NCBI GenBank assembly: GCA_963815195.1
Contig: CAWFGE010000013.1
Coordinates: 960,001 to 1,024,000, forward strand
Origin: an uncultured Planctomycetaceae bacterium
GTDB lineage: Bacteria; Planctomycetota; Planctomycetia; Planctomycetales; Planctomycetaceae
Length of the DNA: 64,000 bases
Reading direction: 5' to 3'
Below the pieces are notes generated by a model that did not search any database, had not been told where the DNA came from, and was given only the letters and a program-made list of their open reading frames with translations. How positions within the stretch are numbered: position 1 is the first letter of the stretch; each line of letters begins with the position of its first letter. The translations under genes and the position numbers were made by a program. Positions 62,704 to 64,000 of the stretch are shown one piece after another.

Positions 62704-63401
62704 TGGGGGTCCCTCCCTTCCGGTTGACCGTTCCCGTCCTGGGTCTGACCACGCGATCCGTTGGCCGAGGGAGCCGGTACGGGCGACCGGGCTTCCACGG
62801 TCTCCAATTCCGGCGGACTTCCGAAGGGATGCTCCGGCAGTTCCGTCCCGCAATGGAGCACCTGCAGGCACGGCTGATCGCTGCAGCTGCTCGAGGGATC
62901 GGGCAGCTCGCTTTTGCGGTCGCTGACCACCCAGCCGATCAACGTCGCCAGCGGCTCGGAGGCGACAATCGCGAAGCAATCGCGCTTCTTCAACGGCTTT
63001 CGCAGGACTTTGCAAATCCGCTCGATGGCGTCGGTGGCGAGCTCGCCCTCCGGCGGGCAGATCGTTTCCGGCGATTCCCGCCACTGCTTGAACACCCGCG
63101 GATATTTGTGCCGCACGTCCTCGATCTGAAGCCCCTCCCAAAAACCCTGGTCGAGATTTCGCAAATCGTCCGACAGCCTGACCCGCACGTCCAGGGCTTC
63201 GCCGAGGGCCTCGGCCGTGCTGAGCGACGGCTCGGTGGGGTCGGCATAAATGACTTCGAGCGGCGTCTGGGCCAACTGCTCGACCATCCGGAGGATCTGC
63301 TTCTCGCCTTGGGAATTGACGGGGATTTCCAGCGAACCTTTGATGCGGTTCTGCTCATCAAAATCCGTGCAGCCAGAGCGAATAATGACAACCTCGGGCA
63401 T
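62700..63401 (-). CDS. Histidine phosphatase (PGM) fold protein lacking the catalytic histidines
   Basis: IIIRSG (for RHG), [22 protein letters not shown] (for VSHG); stop overlaps the accD ATG. Confidence 0.8.
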   Translation of the reverse strand: MPEVVIIRSGCTDFDEQNRIKGSLEIPVNSQGEKQILRMVEQLAQTPLEVIYADPTEPSLSTAEALGEALDVRVRLSDDLRNLDQGFWEGLQIEDVRHKYPRVFKQWRESPETICPPEGELATDAIERICKVLRKPLKKRDCFAIVASEPLATLIGWVVSDRKSELPDPSSSCSDQPCLQVLHCGTELPEHPFGSPPELETVEARSPVPAPSANGSRGQTQDGNGQPEGRDPQ

Positions 63402-63488
63402 TGTGGATTCACTCGCAATAAGGAATAAACCAGCAGAGTTGCTGTGAAAAGACGATCAAAACTTCAAACCAGCGATTATACCCGGGCG

Positions 63489-64000
63489 TTATGTCCCTCT
63501 TCGAGCCTGAGCCGTCAATTCTTTGATGGCGGCCGGATAATCGTCGCGGCCGAAAATCGCGCTCCCGACGACAAACAACGTCGCTCCCGCTTTGGCAGAT
63601 TGGCCGATCGTTTTGGGACCAATCCCTCCATCCACCGACAACACGGGGGAGCCGGAATGCTCCCGCAAGTGGCGGAGTTTTTCCAAAGCGATCCGCATAA
63701 ACGATTGGCCCCCGAAACCGGGTTCGACGCTCATCACCAGCACCATGTCGCAATCGGGCAAAAACGGGACCACCGCTTCGACAGGCGTGCCGGGATTGAT
63801 CGCCAACCCCGCCACGCGCCCCGCCTCGCGAATCGACTGGAGCAGCGAACGGGGTTCATCGACCGCCTCGTAATGGACCGTTATCGAGTCGCAGCCCGCA
63901 TCCAAGAAATCGTTGAGATACCGGCCCGGTTCCTCCATCATCAAATGTGCATCGAAAATCATATCGGTCGAGGAACGCACGGAAGCAATGATCGGGGCCC
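63489..64000 (-). CDS. rpe: Ribulose-phosphate 3-epimerase (5' truncated by window end)
   Basis: DAHLM, ITVHYE, INPGTP, MSVEPGFGGQSF, VDGGI, VVGSAIF. Confidence 0.95.
   Translation of the reverse strand, partial: APIIASVRSSTDMIFDAHLMMEEPGRYLNDFLDAGCDSITVHYEAVDEPRSLLQSIREAGRVAGLAINPGTPVEAVVPFLPDCDMVLVMSVEPGFGGQSFMRIALEKLRHLREHSGSPVLSVDGGIGPKTIGQSAKAGATLFVVGSAIFGRDDYPAAIKELTAQARRGT

Overview
GC-rich bacterial chromosome segment, very probably from a Planctomycetota member (Planctomycetaceae-like). The evidence is a PSCyt1/DUF1549/DUF1553 cytochrome next to DUF1501, a TIGR03009-like protein, DUF1080, a sulfatase and hpnCD. About 50 genes are present. Housekeeping genes: trxA, pdxA, DAHP synthase, queE, sua5, uvrD/rep, accD, rpe, sppA, hpnC/hpnD. 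Also present: a periplasmic catabolic cluster, an M50-peptidase/GAF/HlyD module with a nearby TolC, two membrane-tethered regulator pairs (PadR+HAAS and BlaI+BlaR1), a reduced Flp/Tad locus and several REP-like palindromic repeat families. At least a dozen genes contain single-base frameshifts, most likely long-read assembly errors. I saw no rRNA, tRNA, CRISPR array or transposase. The most interesting features are: (i) an rpe-pseudophosphatase-accD-kinase-uvrD gene run whose kinase has a tyrosine-kinase-like HRDICPRN loop; (ii) an export module of M50 + MFPs + TolC with no pump visible in the window; (iii) a flp-tadB-tadC-tadV cassette with a sigma54-type promoter and no ATPase or secretin, flanked by a GT-C-like membrane protein and a TolC-motif protein; (iv) an active/inactive HtrA pair; (v) an osmolyte-binding domain interrupted by a membrane hairpin. 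All family assignments come from motif recognition by eye; no database searches were run.
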